NCBI GenBank assembly: GCA_964016885.1
Contig: OZ024741.1
Span: 23,870,001-23,934,000, forward strand
Reading direction: 5' to 3'
Length of the DNA: 64,000 nucleotides
DNA from: Eledone cirrhosa
Taxonomy: Eukaryota
In this document: positions 24,111-38,200 of the stretch, piece by piece
Layout of the letters: each line of letters starts with the position of its first letter
Numbering within the stretch: position 1 is the stretch's first letter
Program-made: the position numbers and the translations under genes
The notes under the pieces: model-generated
The model's input: only the letters and a program-made list of their open reading frames with translations
The model's database searches: none
What the model was told of the DNA's origin: nothing

Positions 24111-25124
24111 TATACATGGCCTTATGACTGGCCAGAGTAATTTGATACCAACTCACCTAAACTTGCACTTTGTATAAGTGTTCATATTTATCTAAATATC
24201 TTCTGTCATTATTTTATGTCAGACTCGCTGATGTTTTTCAAACATCTGTTTATTAATGAGAAAATGTATTATATTACTCTTTCTAAATTCCTAATTATTT
24301 TCAAAATTACTTGGAAATTATGGGCAGTAGTTTTTGTTAGAAATATAACAAAATTCTTCCTGAGCATTTGTAGCACTGTCTTACCTGTGTGGAGTCTAGT
24401 CTATTGTACGCAGCATACATTTACTTGCTTTTGCTCTAACATCTCTACAATCCCATCTGATCTCCCTTCTATTGTGCCATCATTAGTAGTGGCAACTCTA
24501 AAGTTTAGGAAATCGCTGGAAGAGGGGAAAGTTTTGGAAGGTGAGTGGATTGGTATTGGCTTTCAGTGGTTCATGTACATGGTGAAATATTTCAGCCTTT
24601 TCTAAATTGGTCTGCCATATATTCCTCATCCTTAGCAAACTATTATCATCAATAATTATGATTAATGTGCCTGTTAGTTTGATGTTAATACTGTTTGATT
24701 GGTCTGTCCATCATTATTGGTAGTAAAATTAGTGCAGGTAGGTGTTATTTGGAGACACTGGAAGAACATGGGATCTTAATGCTAGACCAACGTAACATCC
24801 AGCCATAGAAAACTTACCAAACATAGGGTCAAGAGGACTCATCAGTTGTGTCCACGACAAAACCTCTCTAGCATTGGTGCTACAATAAAATGCACCCAAT
24901 ACACTCTGTATAGTGCTGGAAAGTATGGAAATGAGATTTGGGCTGTTGGTCCATTTGAAGGATCAGTGGATCTAGTTATGCACACACACACACATGCACT
25001 CCAACTTATGCCAGCATGGAAAAATGGATGTTAAACAATGATTATATATATATATATATATATAAGGTAGTTGTGCTGGGGATACAATGAAAAAATACCT
25101 GGTCCAACCTATCAGTTGATCATT

Positions 25125-25310
25125 TTTGCTGCCACGATAAAAAGCACCCCATCCACACTGTAATATGGTGCTAGGTATGGCACCCAGCTATAGAAATAAA
25201 GTCAGTAAGAGTTCTCTATGAGCAAGACACTGTCACCTGATTTGACTTTTCTCACAGCTCATCTAACTCATGCTAATTTGGAAAATAGATGTTAAACAAT
25301 GATGATGATA
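25125..25310 (+). mobile_element. Degraded RTE 3' tail ending about 30 nt before a CAPZB acceptor
   Basis: AAAAGCACCC...CTAACTCATGCT..TTGGAAAATAGATGTTAAACAATGATGATGAT. Confidence 0.7.
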
Positions 25311-25339
25311 TAAATATGCTTGTTTTGTGTTAATTATAG

Positions 25340-25453
25340 GTCACCCTGGAGCAATGTGTATGACCCACCATTGGATGATGGTACTTTACCATCAGATCGA
25401 TTGAGAAAGCTAGAAATAAAAGCTAATGCTGCGTTTGATCAATATAGAGAAAT
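25340..25453 (+). CDS. CAPZB: CAPZB coding exon (exon 4 equivalent)
   Basis: taattatag acceptor; 114 nt, [37 protein letters not shown](M); GTAAGT donor. Confidence 0.97.
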
Positions 25454-26624
25454 GTAAGTTACTTACTTCATTTGGTTGCTTTAAATAAAGAAGAAAAAAT
25501 GTGTAATACACAACATACCAGTGTTATGCTAATTTGTAATGACAAGTTTTATGTGAAATATCCATATTTATTTTCCAATGTTTGAAAAAATGCAATGGCT
25601 GACTAATTTGCTGTTGGAATTGTATAAAATGTTCCTTTCTATAGTTGTAGGCTGCATTCACAAATCTTGGTTGCACCCTCCATGCACAGAATAAATTTCA
25701 ACCCTTTAATAAATGTGTGCCATCATAGCAAACAAGGACTCTGTGCCCAGGGACAAAGATACTTTTTCGGCCCTGACGTTAATTAGTGATATGATAGACC
25801 AGAGGAAATTTTATACCCCATTGTACTTGCATCTGGGTTTGACTAACCCTCCTGACATTACCTTGTTACACAACTGTTTGGAATTGAATATATATGTATC
25901 TGGGTATACTTGACTTTTGAGATTCTCACAATCACTTGATATCAATTTGGGTGGGGGTCGGGTGTTGAGACCCAAGAGTTCCTGTGTAAAATGTTTGACA
26001 GCCCTCTAAATCTATGAATTGTTTCATTTCATGCATTAAATTGTTTTACAACTATGACATACATTTCTGAAATCCAAATATTCTCATCTGCTAATTCAAT
26101 TGTCAATATTAATTATCTTTGATAATATATATCAGAAGAAATACTTAGATTTCTCCTTTACTTGTTCCTTCTTTCCTTCCTTTAACTCTTAACATCCTGT
26201 AATGATTTAGCAGAAAATATCTAAAAACGGGTTTGTTAATTCAAATAGTTGTATATTTATTTGTGGACTGATCATTGTGAAAGATTGCAAGAAACTAAAG
26301 ACTTTAATATTTAATGTGACGTGTCCATTGTGCTGTTTGTACATTCAAGAAAGTCTTACTGATGCAGTTTCATGCAGTACAACAAGATTAAGAATTAATA
26401 TTTATCTTTCTATCATATTGTTTTACTGCTCCTGTTTTATTTTTATTCTGTAATTACTTAACAACCACACATACACATTATTTTTAGCACAAATTGCTAC
26501 ATTACATTAAAAAAGCAATGTCTGTCCTACAATACTGATAATTTTTATAATGATTTATTCACTAGTAAAGATACCATAAGCATTTAAATAAACAAACCTG
26601 TTTTTAGATATTTTCTGATGTAGG

Positions 26625-26912
26625 ATAATAATGAAATTATTGTGTAAAGTGCTCAGGTGCACAACTCGTCAAAGGTGCATGTATAGTACATAGAATAATA
26701 CACAAATGTCAGGGAAGTAAATAGTGTATGAGTCATGATATACACGTGTGTATGTGTATGGAGGGGGAACATTAGGTGTAGTGTTGGCGAATCTCGGGAA
26801 GCATGGAGGCCTTAAAGGATGCAGTGTCTCGACAGCTAACAACCGATGCAGGTAGTTTGTTCCATGCTTCAGCAACTCTGAGCGTGAAAAAATGTTTCCA
26901 AAAGTCATGGGA
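26625..26912 (-). mobile_element. CR1-type LINE 3' end
   Basis: Minus-strand HDFWKHFFTLRVAEAWNKLPASVVSCRDTASFK is the CR1 ORF2 terminal motif FF..RV...WN.LP..VV. Related copies lie at 62325-62635 and 14430-14497. Confidence 0.82.
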
Positions 26913-28999
26913 ATTGTATATAAAGCTCTATCAATTTAAAATGGGTTGAATGTCAGTTAACCAGATGTGGTTACTGGGCTTATAACAACACTGAGTCAAA
27001 TTATTTAAACAGTAAATTACTATTTATAGTTGATGCTTTAAAGAATAATTGTCAGTTTTTCAACTGAAGTTTGAATCTGTAGATAAGTGACCTAAAACAA
27101 TGTATTTTGATCTCCTTTTTCTCTCAGTAAAATAGGTTACTTAAAAAAAGCTAAATATGAGGTCCTTTATTGAAGCAGTGTTTTATGTCCAGATGCTCTT
27201 CCTAGTGCCAACCCTTTTAGTTGCCTCTTATAACATGCAGAGATATGTTTTAAGAATGAAACAGAGTGGAGGGGTGATGTAAATTGTGGAAGGAAGGAGA
27301 AGGTCAAGAAAAAAATTGGCTAAATATAATGGAGGTATTTGATGAAGTGGGGATGTAGATGATTGCGCAAAATTGGTTGTGCTTGTCATTTGGTCCACAA
27401 TATTAGCCCCTTTTTTAGCAGGGAAAATAATCTTAAAACACTGGTCATAAGTAGCAATAAAGGAATTAAATAAAAATATAATCTACAGCAACTAAAGTGT
27501 GTATTATGTTTATAACATTTTGGTTTTGTTATTTAATATTTCAAACCCAGAGCAAGGTTTGTTAAATGGGCTGCCTCTTTTATTACCTTTTTGTATTTCA
27601 TATTTATCTGTTTAGATAATTGTGGCTTTTAAAAATGAACATTGTTCAGTTTTCAGTTGATTTAGTTAAAACCTGTTGAACTTTAACCATTATCTTAGGC
27701 CATTTACTCCTCCATCATTCAACTGTCCTCTGAACAGCTTTCACCTACAGTTTCATACAGAACACTTGGCTATGATAGAAGATAGTGACCCAAGGTGCTG
27801 CATGTTATGATTGAACCTCGATTGCTGTGATTAAGAAGCAAACTTCTTTTCTTAATCACAGCATCTCTGAAAACATTATTCAGTAGGTTCTTTTAAATCA
27901 GTAAATATGGCTGTGTGCTTATAAAGTTCTCTTTATAGTCATGTGGTCTTGTGTTATATCCTACTTTGTGGCACTTTGGGCTTCTACTATAGCTTGATGG
28001 AAGCTTTAAGAAAGTGTCTTGTGTGTGTACATGCATGTGTGTATCTGCATATTTGTCTCTCTATTCATAAACAGATCCTGTTGCTCAGTAATTAGGTTTA
28101 CTTAAAAAGAGAGATATCTGGAGGTAGAATTCTATCTTCAAAAGTTTTATTCAACTCATACCAACTTGGAAAATCATATCGTCATCACTGTTTAACATCC
28201 ATTTTCCATGCTAGCATGGGTTAGACAAACTGTCCCATTGTGAGACATGTAATGTTGGATGACTGTATTTTACTCATAATTGATGTAAAACTGATAATGA
28301 TGTAATTTAAATGCTATTTCTAGTGGGTTGAGTGTTGGGTTGGTGCTTTTCTGATAGTGGATGACAAATTCTTATATTTGAAGAATTTTCTTTTAAGCTT
28401 TGCTTATCAATACTACTAGACTCATAGATTAAATTTCCTGTTTGGTTGACATTTCAATAATTCCCTTTGGAATAAATGGTTCAAGACAGCAGTTCATTGT
28501 AGTTTTAGATAGATTAGTTTCTAATAACTGTGTAAATGTCTTCAAGTATGTTGATCTAATTCCTCATGTTCCTGATAAGTTTTTAAATTTTTATGATTAA
28601 TCTCAAGTATTTTGATACCAAACAACCTGAAACTGCCCCCCTGTTCTCTGATGCAATACTGTTTGTTTTAAAATGTTTGTATTTCTCTAAAAAACACTCC
28701 ATAATTTTATTTTTATGACTGTATGAATTAGGTGTGGTCCCCCTGACCAGTCTAGTCTCAGAATTTGATAGTCTGTCTGGTCTTGGCAGGTATGGAAAAT
28801 AGATCCCATTAGATGATAGTACTGGTGCCATGTCACAAAGCACCCAGTCCACCTTGTAAGATGGTAGTGCTGGTGCCTTGACAAAAAACACCCAGTCCAC
28901 CCTGTAAAATCACAATGAAAAGCTCCCAGTACACACTGTAATGTGGTTGGTATCCCGCTGAAAACCAAGCCAAAAAAGGTGTTCACCTTAAATAATGAT

Positions 29000-29405
29000 T
29001 ATCATCACTTTTTAACATCCATTTTTCCATGCTGGCATGGGTTAGACTAGTTATCTTGTTGTGAGCAATGCATGCCACGTCAGGTGACCATGTCATGCTT
29101 ATACAGAACTGATTTTTGCTTGATTTCTACAGCTGGATGCCCTTCCTAGTGCCAACCTCATTTACAGTGAGTACTGGGTACTTTTTGTCATGACAGCTAC
29201 ATGACCACTTTAGTGTGGACTGGGTACTTTTTGTTGTGACACCTACACAACCACTTTACAGTGTGGACTAGGTACTTTTTGTTGTGACACCTACACAACC
29301 ACTTTACAGTGTGGACTGGGTGTTTTTTGTTGTGACCTACACGACCACTTTACAGTGTGGACTGGGTGTGTTTTGTTGTGACACCTACGCAATCACTTCA
29401 GTGTG
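29000..29405 (-). mobile_element. RTE 3' UTR with about 6 internal ~45-bp repeats
   Basis: Tail homology plus tandem ACCACTTTACAGTGTGGACTGGGTACTTTTTGTTGTGACACCTACACA units. Confidence 0.82.
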
Positions 29406-31811
29406 GTTAATGAGTTAGTCTTAAAGAATATAGACAAATGATAAAAATCTATTTATAAGAAAAGAAGCCCCTAAAGTTGTGTCCCTAAGCTATATCTTAT
29501 TTTGCTTATAAGTCCAGCACTGGCTCCACCAAGCATCAAAGCCTGGTGATGTCTGATCTTCCATACAACTAAATGTGTCTGATCTTCCATACAACTAAAT
29601 GTATCTGATCTTCCATACATTTTAACTGAATAAGCTAATAATGGCAAACTTCCATAACACACTTGAATGAACTGCCTTTGTCTTGGTAGACAGCTGTATT
29701 TATTACATATTTTATTTTCAGCTGTATTTATTATGTATTTATTACATATTTTATTTTCTATATAAAATATGTAATAAATACAGCTGTCCCTCAAACAATA
29801 TTAACAGAAGCTATCCAAATTAATAGCTTCTTTTCAACGTTGAGAATATATTGAACTAATATCTGAATGTGTGCTTTCTTAGAAACACTATTACGTAAAA
29901 ATGTTGGCAACAACGATGTATATATATTCTCAGAAGACTTAACAAACTTCAACTTACATAAAATATTAGACATCTACAAATTGTTCTATATTTAAAATAG
30001 TTTACCCCCACAACGAAAGCTGTCAATTACAAACTCTAATAGCTTATTTTTTCCAAATTTTTCTTTCTTTGCTTACGGAATTGTGTTAACATAGTGATTG
30101 TTAGTAACCTATTTTGGCTTGCTGATGCTGTGATTGTTAATACTATGATTGATAACAATACTCTGATTGTTAGCAACATACTAACAATAATGATGATAAT
30201 GCTTAATGTGAAAGTTAATTGCGTTGTTAAATTTCTTAAAATTTTTTATTGTTTTCAAAATCATTTAAAAATTGAGATGTCTTTTATCATAAATATGGCA
30301 ATGAAAGAGTAGACTATAAATTTAATCAGTGTTTTCCATACAATGAATGATGTCTTTTCCCATATTAATTTGAGAGTAGTAGTTATAAAGTGTCTGTGCT
30401 AGGGTGTCCAGCTATAGAAAACATGTCAAAATGGAGCTTTTGTTTAGGGAGGTATAGTTACCCAAACTATTTAGGACACTGCTCTGATAAAAGGATTGAC
30501 AGTCTGAATTCTGTCCAACTCATGCCAGCATAAAAAAATACATATAATGGAGATAAATGATAGCTAGCTAGATATAGATTTCATATATTTAGTTAGAATT
30601 ATTCTCTTATTTATTGAAATAGGATGTAACATTTTATTGGATCTTCTATATCAATTTGATTTTATCTCTTTATCAGTTTATAACAGATCAGTGGCTCATT
30701 GAATTACACGGCTAAATTTACAATTTCTTCGGCAGTCATTTTTGTTATAGTTGGGTGTGTCTTCTAATGTTCCTTCTCTATTTTTACTTCTTTTTCTGTC
30801 CCCCTTTTCCACCTTTCCGGTTCTTATCTGCCTCTAGTTACATAGTTTCTCTGGACTTAAATACTTGAGGTTCATTCGTCAAGTTTCTAGGCTATTTGAA
30901 AAAGTGAAAAACAAAAATTGATCGGTTGCACTCTTTAAAGAAATTCTGAAGTTGAGTGCATGAGAATCTCAGCTATCAGTGAATATAGTTTAAAAATTGA
31001 ACTAAAATTATTTAAATTTATTAACAATGTTTTACATTTTTTAATTTCTTTTTTTTACTAAGACTACTTTTGGACTAGTTGTACCTTATATAAATCTACT
31101 ACCAGAATCTAATGTGTTGGGTTGTTGGTCTGTCACATTTGACAACATGTACTATCAAGTCCTAAATAATAGGGGAAATTGGTAATTTTTCTAGGTTCTT
31201 TCCATCGATTTTAAAAAAGACCCAGAATTTGAGACCCCTGCCCATCCTATTTATTTTATAATGTATGGGATTTCCAGTAATGTACTTATTTTGTCATGTA
31301 TAATTTTTTTTTAATGTATAAAGAAAATTGTCTCAGGAATGTACCACTTAAAATGAAATTTCGGCGGAGATAGATTAGCAAAATTTAATAAGCGGGGGTG
31401 GGGCTGAAAATTAATAGGGTTGGGGGCATTATTCAAAACCCGAGAGTAAAGAGAAGAGAGCGTTAACATATGGGTTGAAGTACTGAGCAAAGTAGCAGGT
31501 AGAAAGCTACAATGACGTGCACATGTATGTGCACACGCACACGCGGTATCATATGCTGAGAGAACAGTAAATGTTGATAACTTTTGTATGAAGTATGTTT
31601 TGATTTTACCTTCTCTTTGGTTTTGTAAACATTACAAATAGGGTGGAATACAAATATAGTTTTAAATTGGAAAAAATATATTTGAGCAGTTATATTTTTA
31701 AAATGTTGGCGGCAAAGGCTTGGTTATGTGATGGAAAGGTTTGCAGTCTTGGGTTCTGTCCTACTGCATGGTACTCTTCCATTACAGCTTTGGGCCAACC
31801 AAAGACTTGTA

Positions 31812-31960
31812 TATAATTGTTTCTACTTTAGGCACAAGGCCAGCAATTACCCAGTGCATTACTGGTACTTTATTTTATCGACACCGGAAGGATGAAAGGC
31901 AAAGTCAACCTCGGCGGGATTTGAACTCAGATCGTAAAGGGACGTAACTCTGCTGGAAAG
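31812..31960 (-). mobile_element. tRNA-derived SINE, second family, 5'-truncated
   Basis: Homology to 22639-22790; flanked by the direct repeat AAAGACTTGTATATAAT (31801 and about 31957), a probable target-site duplication. Confidence 0.85.
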
Positions 31961-32074
31961 ACTTGTATATAATATTCAGTATGGTTCATGTGATGTCTTG
32001 TTTGACAATATATATGGAGGGGCGGGGGGGGGGGGGGGGTTAACACTTATGTTGAAGGATGAATATATGTAGAC

Positions 32075-32200
32075 ATCAAGCCAAAATCAGTTCTGTATGA
32101 ACAAGACATGGTCATCCGACCTGTCATTGCCTACAACAGGACAACCTGTCTAACCCATGCTAGCGTGGAAGAATAGATGTAAAACGGAGATGATAATGGT
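32075..32200 (+). mobile_element. RTE 3' tail abutting the start of the 41-bp satellite
   Basis: TCAAGCCAAAATCAGTT...CCCATGCTAGCGTGGAAGAATAGATGTAAAACGGAGATGATAATGG. Confidence 0.85.
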
Positions 32201-35200
32201 AGTGGCACATGTGAACACATCACAGTATACAAGTGGCACATGATTACACATTACAGTACATATACTGATGGTGGTGGCACATGTGTACACATTACAGTAC
32301 ACATACTGGTGGTGGTGGCACATGTGTACACATTACAGTACATATACTGGTGGTGGTGGCACATGTGTACACATTACAGTACATATACTGGTGGTGGTGG
32401 CACATGTGTACACATTACAGTACATATACTGGTGGTGGTGGCACATGTGTACACATTACAGTACATATACTGGTGGTGGTGGCACATGTGTACACATTAC
32501 AGTACATATACTGGTGGTGGTGGCACATGTGTACACATTACAGTACATATACTGGTGGTGGTGGCACATGTGTACACATTACAGTACATATACTGGTGGT
32601 AGTGGCACATGTGTACACATTACAGTACATATACTGATGGTGGTGGCACATGTGTACACATTACAGTGCATATACTGGTGGTGGTGGCACATGTGTACAC
32701 ATTACAGTACACATACTGGTGGTAGTGGCACATGTGTACACATTACAGTACACATACTGGTGGTAGTGGCACATGTGTACACATTACAGTACACATACTG
32801 GTGGTGGTGGCGCATGTGTACACATTACAGTACATATACTGGTGGTAGTGGCACATGTGTACACATTACAGTACACATACTGGTGGTAGTGGCACATGTG
32901 TACACATTACAGTACACATACTGGTGGTGGTGGCGCATGTGTACACATTACAGTACATATACTGGTGGTAGTGGCACATGTGTACACATTACAGTACACA
33001 TACTGGTGGTAGTGGCACATGTGTACACATTACAGTACACATACTGGTGGTAGTGGCACATGTGTACACATTACAGTACACATACTGGTGGTGGTGGCAC
33101 ATGTGTACACATTACAGTACATATACTGGTGGTGGTGGCACATGTGTACACATTACAGTACATATACTGGTGGTGGTGGCACATGTGTACACATTACAGT
33201 ACATATACTGGTGGTGGTGGCACATGTGTACACATTACAGTACACATACTGGTGGTGGTGGCACATGTGTACACATTACAGTAAATATACTGGTGGTGGT
33301 GGTACATGTGTACACATTACAGTACATATACTGGTGGTGGTGGCACATGTGTACACATTACAGTACATATACTGGTGGTAGTGGCACATGTGTACACATT
33401 ACAGTACATATACTGGTGGTGGTGGCACATGTGTACACATTACAGTAAATATACTGGTGGTGGTGGTACATGTGTACACATTACAGTACATATACTGGTG
33501 GTGGTGGCACATGTGTACACATTACAGTACACATACTGGTGGTGGTGGCACATGTGTACACATTACAGTAAATATACTGGTGGTGGTGGTACATGTGTAC
33601 ACATTACAGTAAATATACTGGTGGTGGTGGTGGCACATGTGTACACATTACAGTACATATACTGGTGGTGGTGGCACATGTGTACACATTACAGTACATA
33701 TACTGGTGGTGGTGGCACATGTGTACACATTACAGTACACATACTGGTGGTGGTGGCACATGTGTACACATTACAGTACACATACTGGTGGTGGTGGCAC
33801 ATGTGTACACATTACAGTACATATACTGGTGGTGGTGGCACATGTGTACACATTACAGTACATATACTGGTGGTGGCACATGTGTACACATTACAGTACA
33901 TATACTGGTGGTGGTGGTGCATGTGTACACATTACAGTTCATATACTGGTGGTGGTGGCACATGTGTACACATTACAGTACATATACTGGTGGTGGTGGC
34001 AGATGTGTACACATTACAGTACATATACTGGTGGTGGTGGCAGATGTGTACACATTACAGTACATATACTGGTGGTGGTGGCACATGTGTACACATTACA
34101 GTACATATACTGGCGGTTGTGGCAGATGTGTACACATTACAGTACATATACTGGTGGTGGTGGCACATGTGTACACATTACAGTACATATACTGGTGGTG
34201 GTGGCAGATGTGTACACATTACAGTACATATACTGGTGGTGGTGGCAGATGTGTACACATTACAGTACATATACTGGTGGTGGTGGCACATGTGTACACA
34301 TTACAGTACATATACTGGCGGTTGTGGCAGATGTGTACACATTACAGTACATATACTGGTGGTGGTGGCACATGTGTACACATTACAGTACATATACTGG
34401 TGGTGGTGGCACATGTGTACACATTACAGTACATATACTGGTGGTGGTGGCACATGTGTACACATTACAGTACATATACTGGTGGTGGTGGCACATGTGT
34501 ACACATTACAGTACACATACTGGTGGTGGTGGCACATGTGTACACATTACAGTACACATACTGGTGGTGGTGGCACATGTGTACACATTACAGTACATAT
34601 ACTGGTGGTGGTGGCACATGTGTACACATTACAGTACATATACTGGTGGTAGTGGCAGATGTGTACACATTACAGTACATATACTGGTGGTGGTGGCAGA
34701 TGTGTACACATTACAGTACATATACTGGTGGTGGTGGCACATGTGTACACATTACAGTACATATACTGGTGGTGGTGGCACATGTGTACACATTACAGTA
34801 CACATACTGGTGGTGGTGGCACATGTGTACACATTACAGTACATATACTGGTGGTGGTGGCACATGTGTACACATTACAGTACACATACTGGTGGTGGTG
34901 GCACATGTGTACACATTACAGTACACATACTGGTGGTGGTGGCACATGTGTACACATTACAGTACATATACTGGTGGTGGTGGCACATGTGTACACATTA
35001 CAGTACATATACTGGTGGTAGTGGCAGATGTGTACACATTACAGTACATATACTGGTGGTGGTGGCAGATGTGTACACATTACAGTACATATACTGGTGG
35101 TGGTGGCACATGTGTACACATTACAGTACATATACTGGTGGTAGTGGCAGATGTGTACACATTACAGTACATATACTGGTGGTGGTGGCAGATGTGTACA

Positions 35201-38200
35201 CATTACAGTACATATACTGGTGGTGGTGGCACATGTGTACACATTACAGTACATATACTGGCGGTTGTGGCAGATGTGTACACATTACAGTACATATACT
35301 GGTGGTGGTGGCACATGTGTACACATTACAGTACACATACTGGTGGTGGTGGCACATGTGTACACATTACAGTACACATACTGGTGGTGGTGGCACATGT
35401 GTACACATTACAGTACATATACTGGTGGTGGTGGCACATGTGTACACATTACAGTACATATACTGGTGGTAGTGGCAGATGTGTACACATTACAGTACAT
35501 ATACTGGTGGTGGTGGCAGATGTGTACACATTACAGTACATATACTGGTGGTGGTGGCACATGTGTACACATTACAGTACATATACTGGTGGTGGTGGCA
35601 CATGTGTACACATTACAGTACATATACTGGTGGTAGTGGCAGATGTGTACACATTACAGTACATATACTGGTGGTGGTGGCACATGTGTACACATTACAG
35701 TACATATACTGGTGGTAGTGGCACATGTGTACACATTACAGTACACATACTGGTGGTGGTGGCACATGTGTACACATTACAGTACATATACTGGTGGTGG
35801 TGGCACATGTGTACACATTACAGTACATATACTGGTGGTAGTGGCACATGTGTACACATTACAGTACACATACTGGTGGTGGTGGCACATGTGTACACAT
35901 TACAGTACACATACTGGTGGTGGTGGCACATGTGTACACATTACAGTACATATACTGGTGGTGGTGGCACATGTGTACACATTACAGTACACATACTGGT
36001 GGTGGTGGCACATGTGTACACATTACAGTACATATACTGGTGGTGGTGGCACATGTGTACACATTACAGTACATATACTGGTGGTGGTGGCACATGTGTA
36101 GTCATTACAGTACATATACTGGTGGTGGTGGCACATGTGTACACATTATAGTACATATACTGGTGGTAGTGGCACATGTGTACACATTACAGTACATATA
36201 CTGGTGGTGGTGGCACATGTGTACACATTACAGTAAATATACTGGTGGTGGTGGCACATGTGTACACATTACAGTACATATACTGGTGGTGGTGGCACAT
36301 GTGTAGTCATTACAGTACATATACTGGTGGTGGTGGCACATGTGTACACATTATAGTACATATACTGGTGGTAGTGGCACATGTGTACACATTACAGTAC
36401 ATATACTGGTGGTGGTGGCACATGTGTACACATTACAGTACATATACTGGTGGTGGTGGCACATGTGTACACATTACAGTACATATACTGGTGGTGGTGG
36501 CACATGTGTACACATTACAGTACATATACTGGTGGTGGTGGCACATGTGTACACATTACAGTACATATACTGGTGGTAGTGGCAGATGTGTACACATTAC
36601 AGTACATATACTGGTGGTGGTGGCAGATGTGTACACATTACAGTACATATACTGGTGGTGGTGGCACATGTGTACACATTACAGTACATATACTGGTGGT
36701 GGTGGCACATGTGTACACATTACAGTACATATACTGGTGGTGGTGGCACATGTGTACACATTACAGTACATATACTGGTGGTGGTGGCACATGTGTACAC
36801 ATTACAGTACATATACTGGTGGTGGTGGCACATGTGTACACATTACAGTACATATACTGGTGGTTGTAGCAGATGTGTACACATTACAGTACATATACTG
36901 GTGGTGGTGGCACATGTGTACACATTACAGTAAATATACTGGTGGTGGTGGCACATGTGTACACATTACAGTAAATATACTGGTGGTGGTGGCACATGTG
37001 TACACATTACAGTACATATACTGGTGGTGGTGGCACATGTGTACACATTACAGTACATATACTGGTGGTAGTGGCACATGTGTACACATTACAGTACATG
37101 TACTGGTGGTGGTGGCACATGTGTACACATTACAGTACATGTACTGGTGGTGGTGGCACATGTGTACACATTACAGTACATATACTGGTGGTGGTGGCAC
37201 ATGTGTACACATTACAGTACATGTACTGGTGGTGGTGGCACATGTGTACACATTACAGTACATATACTGGTGGTAGTGGCACATGTGTACACATTACAGT
37301 ACATATACTGGTGGTGGTGGCACATGTGTACACATTACAGTACATATACTGGTGGTGGTGGCACATGTGTACACATACTGGTGGTAGTGACAGATGTGTA
37401 CACATTACAGTACACATACTGGTGGTAGTGACAGATGTGTACACATTACAGTACATATACTGGTGGTAGTGGCAGATATGTACACATTACAGTACATATC
37501 TGCCACTACCACCAGTATATGTACACATTACAGTACATATACTGGTGGTGTTGGCACATGTGTACACATTACAGTACATATACTGGTGGTGGTGGCAGAT
37601 GTGTACACATTACAGTACATATACTGGTGGTGGTGGCACATGTGTACACATTACAGTACATATACTGGTGGTAGTGGCACATGTGTACACATTACAGTAC
37701 ATATACTGGTGGTAGTGGCAGATATGTACACATTACAGTACATATACTGGTGGTGTTGGCAGATATGTACACATTACAGTACATATACTGGTGGTGTTGG
37801 CACATCTGTACACATTACAGTACATATACTGGTGGTAGTGGCACATGTGTACACATTACAGTACATATACTGGTGGTGGTGGCACATGTGTACACATTAC
37901 AGTACATATACTGGTGGTGGTGGCACATGTGTACACATTACAGTACATATACTGGTGGTGGTGGCACATGTGTACACATTACAGTACATATACTGGTGGT
38001 GGTGGCACATGTGTACACATTACAGTACATATACTGGTGGTGGTGGCACATGTGTACACATTACAGTACATATACTGGTGGTGGTGGCACATGTGTACAC
38101 ATTACAGTACAAATACTGGTGGTGGTGGCACATGTGTACACATTACAGTACATATACTGGTGGTGGTGGCACATGTGTACACATTACAGTACATATACTG

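Noticed and set aside
31085-31515. Second possible Helitron-like element
   Set aside because: Termini are too decayed (no CTAG end, no clear hairpin).
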